DNA of 64,000 nucleotides from Anaerolineae bacterium (GCA_035347995.1 DAOPQD010000007.1:888-64887), one strand, 5' to 3'. Counted from the stretch's first letter, positions 26,740 to 35,805 are shown. Notes: generated by a model not told the origin, from the letters alone. A program made the numbers and translations.

Positions 26740-28581
26740 TCACTCCACCGTCACGCTCTTCGCCAGATTGCGCGGCTGATCCACATCCGCGCCGCGCCGC
26801 ACGGCGATGGCATACGCCAGCCATTGCAGCGGGATCACGTTCAGCACGGGGCTGAGATACGGCGAGCTGACCGGCACTTCCAGCACATAATCGGCGCGCT
26901 CGTGAGCCAGGGTATCCCCCTGCTGCACCACGGCGATGACGACCCCATTCCGGGCGTGCACCTGCTCCATCTGACTGAGCATCTTGTCGTAGACGCCATC
27001 CCGCGGCGCCAGGGTCACCACCGGCATGAGCGAGTCAATCAGGGCGATGGGACCGTGTTTCATCTCACCGGCGGGATAGCCTTCAGCGTGAATGTAGGAA
27101 ATCTCCTTGAGCTTGAGCGCGCCCTCCAGGGCGACGGGATAGTTGATGCCACGTCCAAGGTACAGGAAATGCTCACGCTTGTGGAAGATTTCGGCCAGCT
27201 GGTGATAGAGGGGAAGCTCCTCGGCCACTTGCCCCACGAGTTGCGGCAACCGGGCGAGATCATCCACCGCCCGCCGCAATGCCGGTCCGTCCATCACCCC
27301 GCGTTTCTCCGCCAGCGCCAACGCCAGCAGATAGAGATCCACCAGGCTGGTCGTGAACGCCTTGGTCGAGGCCACCCCGATTTCCGGCCCGGCCTGCATG
27401 AGGATGTAGCCGTTGGAACTGCGCTGCGCCTGGCTGCCCAGCACGTTGACGATAGACCAGAGCCGCGTCCCGCGCGCCTGCCCCTCCTCCATCGCTGCCA
27501 GCGTGTCCACCGTCTCCCCCGACTGCGTGATCGCCAGCACCACATCTTCCGGGCCGATCAGCGGGTCGCGGTAGCGGAACTCCGAGCCATAATCCACTTC
27601 CACAGGCAGGCGCGCCAGGTTTTCCAGGAGGAATTTCCCCACCAGTCCGGCGTGATACGAGGTGCCGCAGGCCACGATGGTCATCTTCCGCAAAGCGCGG
27701 GCCTCCGCTGCGGTGAGAGGCAGCGTATCCAGGTGTACCCGTCCCGCGTGGAAATCCGCCCGTCCACGGATCGTGTCGGTGATCGCGCGGGGCTGCTCGG
27801 CGATTTCCTTCTGCATGAAGTGACGGTACTGTCCCTTCTCGGCGGCGACCGGATCCCAGGAAATGACGTGAATGGTCGGCTCGAGGCGCCGTCCTTGCAG
27901 ATCGAAGATCTCGACGCGCTCCGGCGTCAACGCCGCCAGCTGCCCGCTCTCCAGGAAGATCACGCGGCGGGTGTGTTCAAGGATGGCCGGAATGTCCGAG
28001 GCGACAAAGGCTTCGCCCTCCCCCAGGCCAATGACGATCCCGCCAGCGTTGCCCAGCCGGGCAGCTACCAACCGTCCCGGCTCGCGCGCGCTGAGAAAGA
28101 CGAAAGCACTCGCACCCTCGATTTCCGGAAGCGCACGCTGCACAGCCGTGAGCAGCTCCCCATCCTGCAGCCCGGCATCCACCAGCTGCGCAATCACCTC
28201 CGTGTCCGTCTCGGAGGTGAAGATGACGCCCTGATCCTGCAGCTCCTGGCGCAAGAGGGCGTAGTTTTCGATAATGCCGTTGTGCACGACAGCCACGCGG
28301 CGATTCAATCCCAGGTGGGGATGCGCGTTTTGCTCGGTGACGCCGCCGTGCGTGGCCCAGCGCGTGTGCCCGATGGCGATGTGACCGCACAGCGGTTCAG
28401 CCTGCAGCCGCTCGACCAGCTGGGACAGTTTGCCGACCGCGCGCACGGTCTTGAGGTCTTGCTCTTCCGTCAACAGCGCCAATCCGGCAGAATCGTACCC
28501 CCGGTATTCCAGGCGCTTCAAACCGTTCACCACGACCGACGCCGCATCACGCGGCCCCACATATCCGACAATGCCACACAT
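26740..28581 (-). CDS. glmS: glutamine--fructose-6-phosphate aminotransferase
   Basis: Start ATG 28581 (MCGIVGYVG, the obligatory N-terminal Cys after Met) is preceded by AGGAGG. Two SIS domains follow and the protein ends ...KSVTVE. Confidence 0.95.
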   Translation of the reverse strand: MCGIVGYVGPRDAASVVVNGLKRLEYRGYDSAGLALLTEEQDLKTVRAVGKLSQLVERLQAEPLCGHIAIGHTRWATHGGVTEQNAHPHLGLNRRVAVVHNGIIENYALLRQELQDQGVIFTSETDTEVIAQLVDAGLQDGELLTAVQRALPEIEGASAFVFLSAREPGRLVAARLGNAGGIVIGLGEGEAFVASDIPAILEHTRRVIFLESGQLAALTPERVEIFDLQGRRLEPTIHVISWDPVAAEKGQYRHFMQKEIAEQPRAITDTIRGRADFHAGRVHLDTLPLTAAEARALRKMTIVACGTSYHAGLVGKFLLENLARLPVEVDYGSEFRYRDPLIGPEDVVLAITQSGETVDTLAAMEEGQARGTRLWSIVNVLGSQAQRSSNGYILMQAGPEIGVASTKAFTTSLVDLYLLALALAEKRGVMDGPALRRAVDDLARLPQLVGQVAEELPLYHQLAEIFHKREHFLYLGRGINYPVALEGALKLKEISYIHAEGYPAGEMKHGPIALIDSLMPVVTLAPRDGVYDKMLSQMEQVHARNGVVIAVVQQGDTLAHERADYVLEVPVSSPYLSPVLNVIPLQWLAYAIAVRRGADVDQPRNLAKSVTVE

Positions 28582-28639
28582 GGGGAAGGCCTCCTTTGGG
28601 GGAATAAAAGGCGTCAGCCGCAAGGCACGCGGATTCTCG

Positions 28640-28826
28640 CGTGACCCGCGCCTGCGTGATGGCCCTGTCGCACCGGCTGTCCCGGCTGTTGCCGGCCGGT
28701 TTTGGAGTGCGACTTTCACTTCGGGAGGGGAAAACGAGGGAAGGACCTTTCCCTGGCGGCATCCGCCGACGGCTCGATCAACCGCCACCTCGTCTTCCTG
28801 TCATCGGGTGACAGGAACTGGCGCTA
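28640..28826 (-). ncRNA. glmS ribozyme: glmS ribozyme (GlcN6P-dependent self-cleaving leader)
   Basis: The minus strand reads AGCGCCAGUUCCUGUCACCCGAUGACAGGAAGACGAGGUGGCGGUUGAUCGAGCCGUCGGCGGAUGCCGCCAGGG. This matches the conserved A/GCGCC cleavage site, GACGAGG and AUCGA..UCGGCGGAUGCC core. It lies in the glmS 5' UTR. The 3' boundary is approximate. Confidence 0.85.
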
Positions 28827-28863
28827 TTTTCCCCTGGACAAAATGGACGAGATCACCCCCCTT

Positions 28864-28938
28864 CGAAAATAGAGATCAGTGAGCCGTGAGGAGAGAGCTG
28901 TCGCAGCCTCCGCTCACGGGTCACGGCTCATAACTCAC
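28864..28938. repeat. GTGAGCC-type hairpin element, copy B
   Basis: CGAAAATAGAGATCAGTGAGCCGTGAGGAGAGAGCTGTCGCAG...CGCTCACGGGTCACGGCTCA is collinear with copy A (7382-7450). Confidence 0.85.
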
Positions 28939-28989
28939 ATCCTCTTGCTTGCATGGCGTGCGCCAGCCCATGGCGTCTCCACCTCCAGC

Positions 28990-29017
28990 ATTATAACGGC
29001 GAACGCTCTGCCTGCAA
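28990..29017 (-). promoter_or_regulatory. candidate glmS promoter TTGCAG-16-TATAAT (minus strand)
   Basis: The reverse complement of 28990-29017 gives TTGCAG, a 16-nt spacer and TATAAT. It sits about 165 nt upstream of the ribozyme 5' end, so repeat copy B would lie in the leader. Confidence 0.45.
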
Positions 29018-29054
29018 CCGGCGTTTCGGTCACCCCCCGCACTTCTCGCCGACC

Positions 29055-30518
29055 TCACGGCGCGCTTTGGAGCTGCCCATTACAGGTCTTCACGGCCTTG
29101 TCGAGCTCGGTCTGCGCGTCCGCCCCGCCAAGAGCCGTCCGCAGCATGTTGTAGATCGTCGTGCGGCAATCCTCATACCCCACGACCGGCGGCTCCACAC
29201 CCGAATCGTACGTCATGAACTCCAGCGCCCTGGCATACATGGGATTCTTGCGGAGATATTCCTGCATCCCCTGGGCGGCGCTGCGACGGATGGGCAAATA
29301 GCCGGTGTGGCTCGCCCACCGCGCCTGCTGTTCCGGCTCGCTCAGCCACTTGAGGAAGATCCATGCCGCCAGCTGCTGCTCCGGCGCGCCGACAAAAATG
29401 GAATGGCTCGGCCCGTAGATATTCAGGCGCGGCTCCGCCGTGCTGTGCGGCAGCGGGCTGATGTTCCACGCGAAGTTGGCGCCCTTCTCCACCTCCTGGC
29501 GATAGTAATACAGCCCGGCGATGGTCCCCGTCGTGAAAAGCACCCGTCCCGCCCCAAAATCCGCCTGATCACCGTAGCGCTGTCGAGTCGGCGCGGCACA
29601 GCCCTGGGCCACCAATCCCTGCCAGAAAGTGAGCGTTTCCAGCCCCACCGCGTCGTTGAAGACAAAACCGGTCGCCTCCGCGTTGAGGAGCTCGCCGCCG
29701 CGACTGAAGACGAAAGCCGCAAAGCGGGAAGCGTCCACCGAATACTCGTAGCCGAGCGCCGCTCCCGGCCCTGCCTGCTTCGAGAACGGCTGCTGCACGG
29801 CCTGGCACGCCAGCTCCTCGAACGCTGCCCACGTCTCCGGCGGCCCGGCGGCCCCCAGCTCCTTGAGCCACTCCTCGTTGTAGAACAGCACTTCCATGGA
29901 TTTCTGGAAAGGCCAACCGTAGCGTCCCCCGAATTGGGGCAGGACGTCCGCCTCCAGAGCCATGGGGAAGAAATCGGCCAGCTCTGCCTCGCGGTAACCC
30001 CAGACAGAATCGTGCGCATACGCGTCCAGCGCCACGAGCGCTCCCTGCGCAGCGTAGACCGCTGCCTGATTCGGGTAGGCGAGGGCCACCGCCGGCAGCT
30101 GCTGCCTGGAAATGCCCGCGAGGATCTTGTCGTACAGATCGGTGTACCCTCCCTGACTTTCCTCCACCACCGTGATCCGCTCCGGGTTGGCGCGGTTAAA
30201 GTCCTCGACCATGGCGGTGAGCAACTTCGCCGTCGCGCCGGTGAAAGGATGCCAGTAGGTGATGGTCTGTCCGCGCGGATCAAGCTCCTCGAACGCCGAT
30301 TTTGGCGTCGGCGTTGGGGTGGGGGCGGACGTCGCCGTTGGCGCCGGCGTTGGCGTCGCGGTCGCCGTCGCGGTAGCGGTCGCCGTCGCCGTTGGGGGAG
30401 GGGGCAACGTCGTCGTCGGCGTGAAGGTCGCCGGCGCCGCAGTGGGACTGCACGCCGCGACCAGCGGTAACAGGATGAGCACGCTGAGGCTCCAGGCCAG
30501 CCAAACGCGAGTGTTCAT
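29055..30518 (-). CDS. ABC transporter substrate-binding lipoprotein (carbohydrate, family 1)
   Basis: Start ATG 30518 (MNTRVWLAW) follows AGGAGG. Lipobox LVAACS, then a TPT/TATATATA low-complexity linker, then an SBP_bac_1-like body. Confidence 0.8.
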   Translation of the reverse strand: MNTRVWLAWSLSVLILLPLVAACSPTAAPATFTPTTTLPPPPTATATATATATATPTPAPTATSAPTPTPTPKSAFEELDPRGQTITYWHPFTGATAKLLTAMVEDFNRANPERITVVEESQGGYTDLYDKILAGISRQQLPAVALAYPNQAAVYAAQGALVALDAYAHDSVWGYREAELADFFPMALEADVLPQFGGRYGWPFQKSMEVLFYNEEWLKELGAAGPPETWAAFEELACQAVQQPFSKQAGPGAALGYEYSVDASRFAAFVFSRGGELLNAEATGFVFNDAVGLETLTFWQGLVAQGCAAPTRQRYGDQADFGAGRVLFTTGTIAGLYYYRQEVEKGANFAWNISPLPHSTAEPRLNIYGPSHSIFVGAPEQQLAAWIFLKWLSEPEQQARWASHTGYLPIRRSAAQGMQEYLRKNPMYARALEFMTYDSGVEPPVVGYEDCRTTIYNMLRTALGGADAQTELDKAVKTCNGQLQSAP

Positions 30519-30623
30519 GTCATTCCTCCTTCGAAAAATAGGCGAGTCAGCGAAAAAGCGAATAAAATACGTTCGCACGTGTCCACATTTCCATGTTCCC
30601 ACATCTCCGCCGGCGAACTCCCC

Positions 30624-31919
30624 TCACGATTCCCAATCCACGAATTCCCAGTCCACGACGGCTATCGGCTTTCCCAACCGCGCGCCGAGTTCCTCCGCCG
30701 TGACCCCATCCAGCGTGCGCCCCTCCGGGCCGCGGAAAATCACCTCCGGCGCAACGATGACCTCGCCCGTAGCAGTTGCAGCGAGCGCGGCAAGAAGGTC
30801 GGCGCCGGCGAGCAGGCCGGTCACCGTCACCGTCTCACCGAAAGCAGCATTGGGCACCGCGAGCACCTCCGCCGGGATGCCGGTCTCGGCCTCAAAACGC
30901 CGCGCATACGCGCGCAGCAGCGGCGCGAAGAGCGTCCCGGTCACCCAGGTCTGGCGCTCGCCGCCAAGCGCCGCGATCCTGGCCTGCGTGGCAGGCCACC
31001 ATTCCATGAACAGCCGCACCATCCCCACACCGTTTTCCACCAGCGCCGGCAGCAGATCGTCGTAAGCCGTCAGCGGCGGGACAGGCTCCCCGGCGCGCAG
31101 GTACCACTCATCCGACGGATAGACGAAGCCGATGCCCAACGTCTCGCGTAGCCGCGCCTGATGCGCCAGCGTCTGTTCCAACGTTGCCCTCGCCTCCGCA
31201 TCGGTGAAGGGACGCAGCGTCGGCTTGTGCCAGCGCGTAAGGCCGACCGGCACTACACACAGCGAACGCACGCCCGGATACAGCGCCGCCAGATCCATGA
31301 TGGTACGGTCAAGGCAGGCGCCATCGTTGCGACCGGGAAGGAGCACCGCTTGCGTGTGAACTTCGATGCCGGCGTCTACCAGGCGCCGGAGCTGCGCCAT
31401 GATCTCACCCGCGCGCGGATTGTGCATCAGACTCACGCGCACGTCAGGGTCGGTCGCATGGACGGAGACGTAGAGCGGGCTGAGAGCCTGTTCCGCGATC
31501 CGCTCCCAATCCGCCGGGGAAAGATTAGTGAGGGAAATGTAATTGCCGTGCAAAAACGACAGCCGATAATCGTCGTCTTTCACATACAACGGCGGACGCA
31601 AGTCCGGCGCCATCTGCGCCACGAAACAAAAATCACAGGCGTTGCGGCAGACGTGCAACGGCCCATCGAAGAGCTCTTCGGCGAAGTCGAGTCCCAACGG
31701 CTCGCCATACCGACGCTGCGCCGGGAGGCGCTTCCGCTGCCCTTCACGCTCCACCAGAAAGCTGAGACGCGGCGCGGCGGCCACGATGGACACATCAATC
31801 ACGTCCCGCAGCGGCATACCGTTGAGCGCCAGCAACACATCGCCGGGCATGATCCCTGCCCGCGCGGCGACGCTTTGGGGGTCCACTGCGGTGATCAACG
31901 CCGGGAAATAGGAGGTCAT
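30624..31919 (-). CDS. PDZ domain / radical SAM / DUF512 protein
   Basis: N-terminal PDZ (GIMPGDVLLALNGMPLRDVID), then a Cys motif CRNACDFCF, then a DUF512-type C-terminus. I prefer ATG 31919 over the TTG at 31937. Confidence 0.7.
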   Translation of the reverse strand: MTSYFPALITAVDPQSVAARAGIMPGDVLLALNGMPLRDVIDVSIVAAAPRLSFLVEREGQRKRLPAQRRYGEPLGLDFAEELFDGPLHVCRNACDFCFVAQMAPDLRPPLYVKDDDYRLSFLHGNYISLTNLSPADWERIAEQALSPLYVSVHATDPDVRVSLMHNPRAGEIMAQLRRLVDAGIEVHTQAVLLPGRNDGACLDRTIMDLAALYPGVRSLCVVPVGLTRWHKPTLRPFTDAEARATLEQTLAHQARLRETLGIGFVYPSDEWYLRAGEPVPPLTAYDDLLPALVENGVGMVRLFMEWWPATQARIAALGGERQTWVTGTLFAPLLRAYARRFEAETGIPAEVLAVPNAAFGETVTVTGLLAGADLLAALAATATGEVIVAPEVIFRGPEGRTLDGVTAEELGARLGKPIAVVDWEFVDWES

Positions 31920-32092
31920 CTCTGTCCTGCTCGCCAAATTCTTATGGACTACGGATCACACATCACAGATTATAAAAGCACTTACCGCGAGCGCAACCGC
32001 TATTCAAAAAACCTCTTGCAGTTTTCATGGCCCATGGTAAGATATTCTCAGGTTTACGCCATGCTCCAAATTCTAACCGCAAGGGGCGCAAA

Positions 32093-32139
32093 GGAGACAT
32101 CAGGTGCTGGCGTACATCATGTAAAAATGAAAATGTGAG
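32093..32139 (+). repeat. 47-nt conserved box GGAGACRTCAKGTGCTGGCGYACATCATGYAANNATGAAAATGTGAG
   Basis: 41/47 identical to 57511-57557 in the same orientation. Confidence 0.85.
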
Positions 32140-32206
32140 GTAACTTTCAGCCTGGCGCCAGGCAGCTAGACGGCGATGGATGAACCTTTGTGACTTGTAG
32201 CTTTTG

Positions 32207-32335
32207 CCCCTCCCCCACGGCGCATGTGCCGTGGGGGAGGGGGAGAAAAAATAAGGGGTTTTGCAGGCGGGCGTAGCCCGCCTGCAAAACCCCACAAAAA
32301 AAAGTTCCTTTTCCCCCGCGCCACGCGGGGGAAAA
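32207..32335. other. three consecutive very stable GC-rich hairpins separated by A-tracts
   Basis: H1 is 32207-32242 (15-bp stem), H2 is 32255-32293 (17-bp stem) and H3 is 32309-32335 (12-bp stem). On the minus strand H3 is followed by GGAAC+T8 and H2 by TTATTTTTT, which are terminator-like. Confidence 0.8.
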
Positions 32336-32431
32336 GGGCAGGGGATAGGGGGGAGGCAAAAATTGATTTTCAATCTTCTGCAGTTGCCAGGAAATCTTCC
32401 GTTCTTTAGTCAGTGGCTGAACAGTCACCAT

Positions 32432-32500
32432 GTGAGCCATAATCCGTGAGCAGAGGCCGTGACGACTCTCTACTCACGGTTCACTGCTCTCTATTTTTAG
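32432..32500. repeat. GTGAGCC-type hairpin element, copy C (inverted orientation)
   Basis: The reverse complement reads AAAAATAGAGAGCAGTGAACCGTGAGTAGAGAG...CTGCTCACGG...GGCTCAC, collinear with copies A and B. Confidence 0.85.
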
Positions 32501-32512
32501 AGGAGGTCCGCT

Positions 32513-33100
32513 GTGGCAGAAACGAACACTCAAACCAAAAAACGTCGGCTACGCTTCTGGGAGGCTTTCAAGAACTTCGCCTTGATCTTCTCCTTCCTCG
32601 TCAACCTGATCCTGGTCGTCGTCCTGCTGTTGCTCATCAGGCCCCTCTTCATGGTCAAAACCGAAATCGCGGAGCCGCTGCTCGGCAATCTCGACTCCGC
32701 CTTTGCGGCGTTGGGCGAGACCAACATCCAGACCACGGTCACCATCAACGACGCGCTGCCCGTCGCTTTCAACCTGCCCCTGCAGCAAAGCACTAACGTC
32801 GTGTTGACGGAGCCCGTGCCCTTGAGCGTGCCGACGACCTTCAGCCTGGGCAACCAGGGCACCATCTATGGGTGGGTGAGCCTCAACCTCCCCGCCGGCA
32901 TGGTGTTGCCGGTAGCGCTCGACCTCAACGTGCCCGTGAACACGACAGTCCCCGTCGTCATGGAAGTGCCGGTGACAATCAAACTGGATGAGGCCGGCAT
33001 GGGACCCGCCATCACACAGCTGCGCAGCGTCTTCAGCCCCATTCAGGCGACCTTGCAGCAAATTCCCAACTCTCCAGAAGAGATCCTCTCCCCCAAATGA
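32513..33100 (+). CDS. hypothetical membrane-anchored protein
   Basis: GTG start follows GAGGAGG. One N-terminal TM (FALIFSFLVNLILVVVLLLLI), then a Val/Pro/Thr/Asn-rich soluble part. No family recognised. Confidence 0.6.
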   Translation: MAETNTQTKKRRLRFWEAFKNFALIFSFLVNLILVVVLLLLIRPLFMVKTEIAEPLLGNLDSAFAALGETNIQTTVTINDALPVAFNLPLQQSTNVVLTEPVPLSVPTTFSLGNQGTIYGWVSLNLPAGMVLPVALDLNVPVNTTVPVVMEVPVTIKLDEAGMGPAITQLRSVFSPIQATLQQIPNSPEEILSPK

Positions 33101-33993
33101 GCGCACGTCCTATCTGCAACTACGAGGGCTCCCGCTACAGCACGGAGTTCTGGGACCGCTCACGCACCTACGAGGACGGCGCGGAGCGCGCTGCCTTGCG
33201 CGCGCTGCTTCCCCCTCAGGGACGCCGGCTGATCGAAATTGGCGCGGGGTTTGGACGCCTGGCAGATCTCTACCAGGGCTACGAGACCGTCGTGCTCTTT
33301 GACTACGCCAGCACCCAGTTAGAACAGGCGGTCGAGCGCCTTGGGGAGGCCGGTCCGTCGGGGACGCCCCGCTACGTGTACGTGATGGCCGATTTCTACA
33401 AGTTGCCCTTCGTGCCGGGCCTTTTCGACACCGTGACGATGATCCGCACCCTCCATCACGCCGTGGATGCCCCGGCCGTATTGGAAGGCGTGGCGCGCAT
33501 CCTCGCTCCTCACGGCGCCTTCGTATTGGAATTCGCCAACAAGCACAACCTCAAGGCCCTGGCGCGCTATGGATTGCGCCGCCAGCGCTGGTCGCCCTTC
33601 GACCTGGAACCCGTGGAATTCGCGGCGCTCAACTTCGATTTCCATCCCCGCTGGATCTGGGAACAGCTGGCCCGCGTCGGCCTGCGGCGGGAAGCGGTGC
33701 GCACCGTTTCTCATTTCCGCATTGGAGCACTCAAGCGGCTGTTGCCTGCCACCTGGCTCGTGGCGTTGGATCGGCTCGTCCAGCCTACCGGGCGCTGGTG
33801 GCAATGGAGCCCCAGCGTCTTTGTCCGCGCGACGGCCGGCGATAAGAGCGCCGCCCCGGCCGGCGCCTTCTTCGCCTGCCCGGAATGCGGCGCGCTGCTA
33901 GGCGCCCCTTCACCGACGGCTTTCACCTGCGCGGGATGTGGTCGCGCCTGGAAACGCCAGGGCGCCATCTACAACTTCCGCGAAGCCGCATAG
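33097..33993 (+). CDS. class I SAM-dependent methyltransferase with C-terminal zinc ribbon
   Basis: Motif I is LIEIGAGFGRLA. The C-terminal CPECG...CAGCG forms four Cys. ATGA overlap with the upstream gene. Confidence 0.75.
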   Translation: MSARPICNYEGSRYSTEFWDRSRTYEDGAERAALRALLPPQGRRLIEIGAGFGRLADLYQGYETVVLFDYASTQLEQAVERLGEAGPSGTPRYVYVMADFYKLPFVPGLFDTVTMIRTLHHAVDAPAVLEGVARILAPHGAFVLEFANKHNLKALARYGLRRQRWSPFDLEPVEFAALNFDFHPRWIWEQLARVGLRREAVRTVSHFRIGALKRLLPATWLVALDRLVQPTGRWWQWSPSVFVRATAGDKSAAPAGAFFACPECGALLGAPSPTAFTCAGCGRAWKRQGAIYNFREAA

Positions 33994-34092
33994 TCCCCGC
34001 GTATGGATGGACGACATAGATCGCGCCCGCGTTCACGACGTTCACGGCGAGCCCTGCGAAGCGCCTGCAGACCCCCCGGCAAGCGCGTAAGG

Positions 34093-34120
34093 TTGTCCAT
34101 TCCCCAACCTGGCTTATAAT
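34093..34120 (+). promoter_or_regulatory. candidate promoter TTGTCC-16-TATAAT, 8 nt before the ATG (near-leaderless)
   Basis: TTGTCC at 34093-34098, TATAAT at 34115-34120 and the ATG at 34129. Confidence 0.35.
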
Positions 34121-34128
34121 CCCGCCTG

Positions 34129-34968
34129 ATGGAACCGAGAAGTGCGCCCGAACACCTCAACCCCTGGATTGGCCCCTGGGAAGGGGGCTGGTTTCTCATT
34201 CCGCTCGCTGCGGTCCTCGGCGGTGCCTGGACCGCAGCCCGGCCCCTGAACGCGGAAACGCTGCCGCAACTGGCGCTCGCCGGCGGCGTCGCCCTCATCG
34301 CCTGGGCGCCGCTGTGGCGCGCGCTCACCTACACCAATTGGAAGGCGCCGCTCCATACCTGGCGCGATTGGGACGCGCGCGCGCCGGTACCGGCCCTGCC
34401 TTTTGCCCAACCGGGCGCGCCCGGCGCGACGCTCACTCGCGCCCTGGAACATGCCCGCGCGTGGTGGCTGGCGCAAGGACGCGCCGCCCTCGCGTCGCCG
34501 CTCGGCTCGGCGCTGCTGGCATGGGTCGCCGGCGTGCTGCTGAGCCTGCCCCTGGGACGCAGCGCGCTGCTGTTGACGCTGTTGCACTGCGCCTGGGCGC
34601 AGCTGCTGACGCTGTGGAGCGAGGGATGCGGACGCCCCGGCCCTTTGGGTGAAGCGGTCGCGCTCGGCGGATTGCCCTGGCTCCTCGGCGCGACATTGGG
34701 CCAGGGTTCCCTGCCTGTGGGCAGCGCTCTCGCCGTGATCGCGCTGCTCGGCCTCTACGCCATCCCCGGCGTGCCGGCATTCCTCGGCCCGCTGCTGGCG
34801 GCGGGATACGTGCTCTGGCAGGGACAGCCCCTGGCGACGGGGGTGCTCCTGCTGCTGGCACTCCCCGGCCTGCTCCTGCTCACGCAGCGGCTACCTGCCC
34901 CGCACTACCGCCGCGCCATCGCTTTTTGGCTCATGGCCATGCTCCTCCTGATGGGATGGGTGCTGTGA
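34129..34968 (+). CDS. hypothetical polytopic membrane protein
   Basis: 279 aa, Ala/Leu/Gly/Trp-rich with several hydrophobic spans. No family recognised. Confidence 0.55.
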   Translation: MEPRSAPEHLNPWIGPWEGGWFLIPLAAVLGGAWTAARPLNAETLPQLALAGGVALIAWAPLWRALTYTNWKAPLHTWRDWDARAPVPALPFAQPGAPGATLTRALEHARAWWLAQGRAALASPLGSALLAWVAGVLLSLPLGRSALLLTLLHCAWAQLLTLWSEGCGRPGPLGEAVALGGLPWLLGATLGQGSLPVGSALAVIALLGLYAIPGVPAFLGPLLAAGYVLWQGQPLATGVLLLLALPGLLLLTQRLPAPHYRRAIAFWLMAMLLLMGWVL

Positions 34969-34969
34969 G

Positions 34970-35803
34970 ATGAAGTGGCTGGCTCTGGTCGCCGGGTTGC
35001 TAGTGCTGGCGGCGTTGCTCTACTGGCAGCTGATCATCGCCGAAGGGGCCTATCTGGGGCGGCGGACAGTCGCCTTCCTCTACAACCTCTCGGCGCGAGC
35101 CTATGACCGCATCAAGCAATACGATCCCGGTTACGAACAATGGTTCCTCGGCCTGCCCTTGAGCCGCGCCATGCAGCTGCACCCCGATCCGTTGCTCCTG
35201 GACGTGGCAGCCGGCACGGGACGCCTGGCGCGCACGCTGTTCCGGCAGGCTGGATTCCACGGGCGGATGATCTTGCTGGACGCAGCGCGCGACATGCTCA
35301 GCGAAGCCGTCCGCACCACCCGGCCATGGGCCGCGCAGCTCACTTTTATCTGGCAGAATGCCGCCCACTTGCCCTTTCCCGATGCCACATTCGATGGGGT
35401 CAGCTGCCTGGAGGCGCTGGAATTCATGCCCGATCCCGACGCCGTCCTGCGTGAGATGCTGCGGGTGCTCCGGCCGGGCGGCTTGTTGCTGACGACCAAC
35501 CGCATCGGCAAGCTGGCGCGGCTGTTGCCGGGGCGCACCTGCACGCCGGAGGCCTTCGAAGAGCGATTGCACTCCCTGGGGCTGGAAATGGTGCGCACCC
35601 AGACCTGGCAGGAGGACTACGACCTGATTTGGGCAGTCAAGCCCGGCGTCATGACGCCGATCCCGCCGCGCACGCTGGAGACACTGCTCCGTTGCCCGCG
35701 TTGCGGCGCCGCCATGCACCAGGAGGAGCGGGCCTTCGTCTGTGAGAATGCCCATCGCGCTCCTCTCGCCGCCGATGGCGTCATCGAACTCGCGCGTGTG
35801 TGA
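34970..35803 (+). CDS. class I SAM-dependent methyltransferase with N-terminal TM and C-terminal zinc ribbon
   Basis: Motif I is LLLDVAAGTGRLA. The C-terminus carries CPRCGAAM...CENAH. It starts 1 nt after the upstream stop. Confidence 0.75.
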   Translation: MKWLALVAGLLVLAALLYWQLIIAEGAYLGRRTVAFLYNLSARAYDRIKQYDPGYEQWFLGLPLSRAMQLHPDPLLLDVAAGTGRLARTLFRQAGFHGRMILLDAARDMLSEAVRTTRPWAAQLTFIWQNAAHLPFPDATFDGVSCLEALEFMPDPDAVLREMLRVLRPGGLLLTTNRIGKLARLLPGRTCTPEAFEERLHSLGLEMVRTQTWQEDYDLIWAVKPGVMTPIPPRTLETLLRCPRCGAAMHQEERAFVCENAHRAPLAADGVIELARV

Positions 35804-35805
35804 GA

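Noticed and set aside
30330-30430. GC-rich short tandem repeat inside the binding-protein gene as a possible mobile or repeat element
   Set aside because: It encodes a PT/TA-rich low-complexity linker (PTATATATATATATPTPAPT) directly after the lipobox, a common feature of secreted lipoproteins. It has no hairpin symmetry and does not resemble the intergenic element families.
32147-32440. 97-aa and 136-aa minus-strand ORFs in the long intergenic region
   Set aside because: They read straight through the three GC-rich hairpins and A/T tracts, lack an RBS and have implausible Pro/Phe/Gly-rich sequence.
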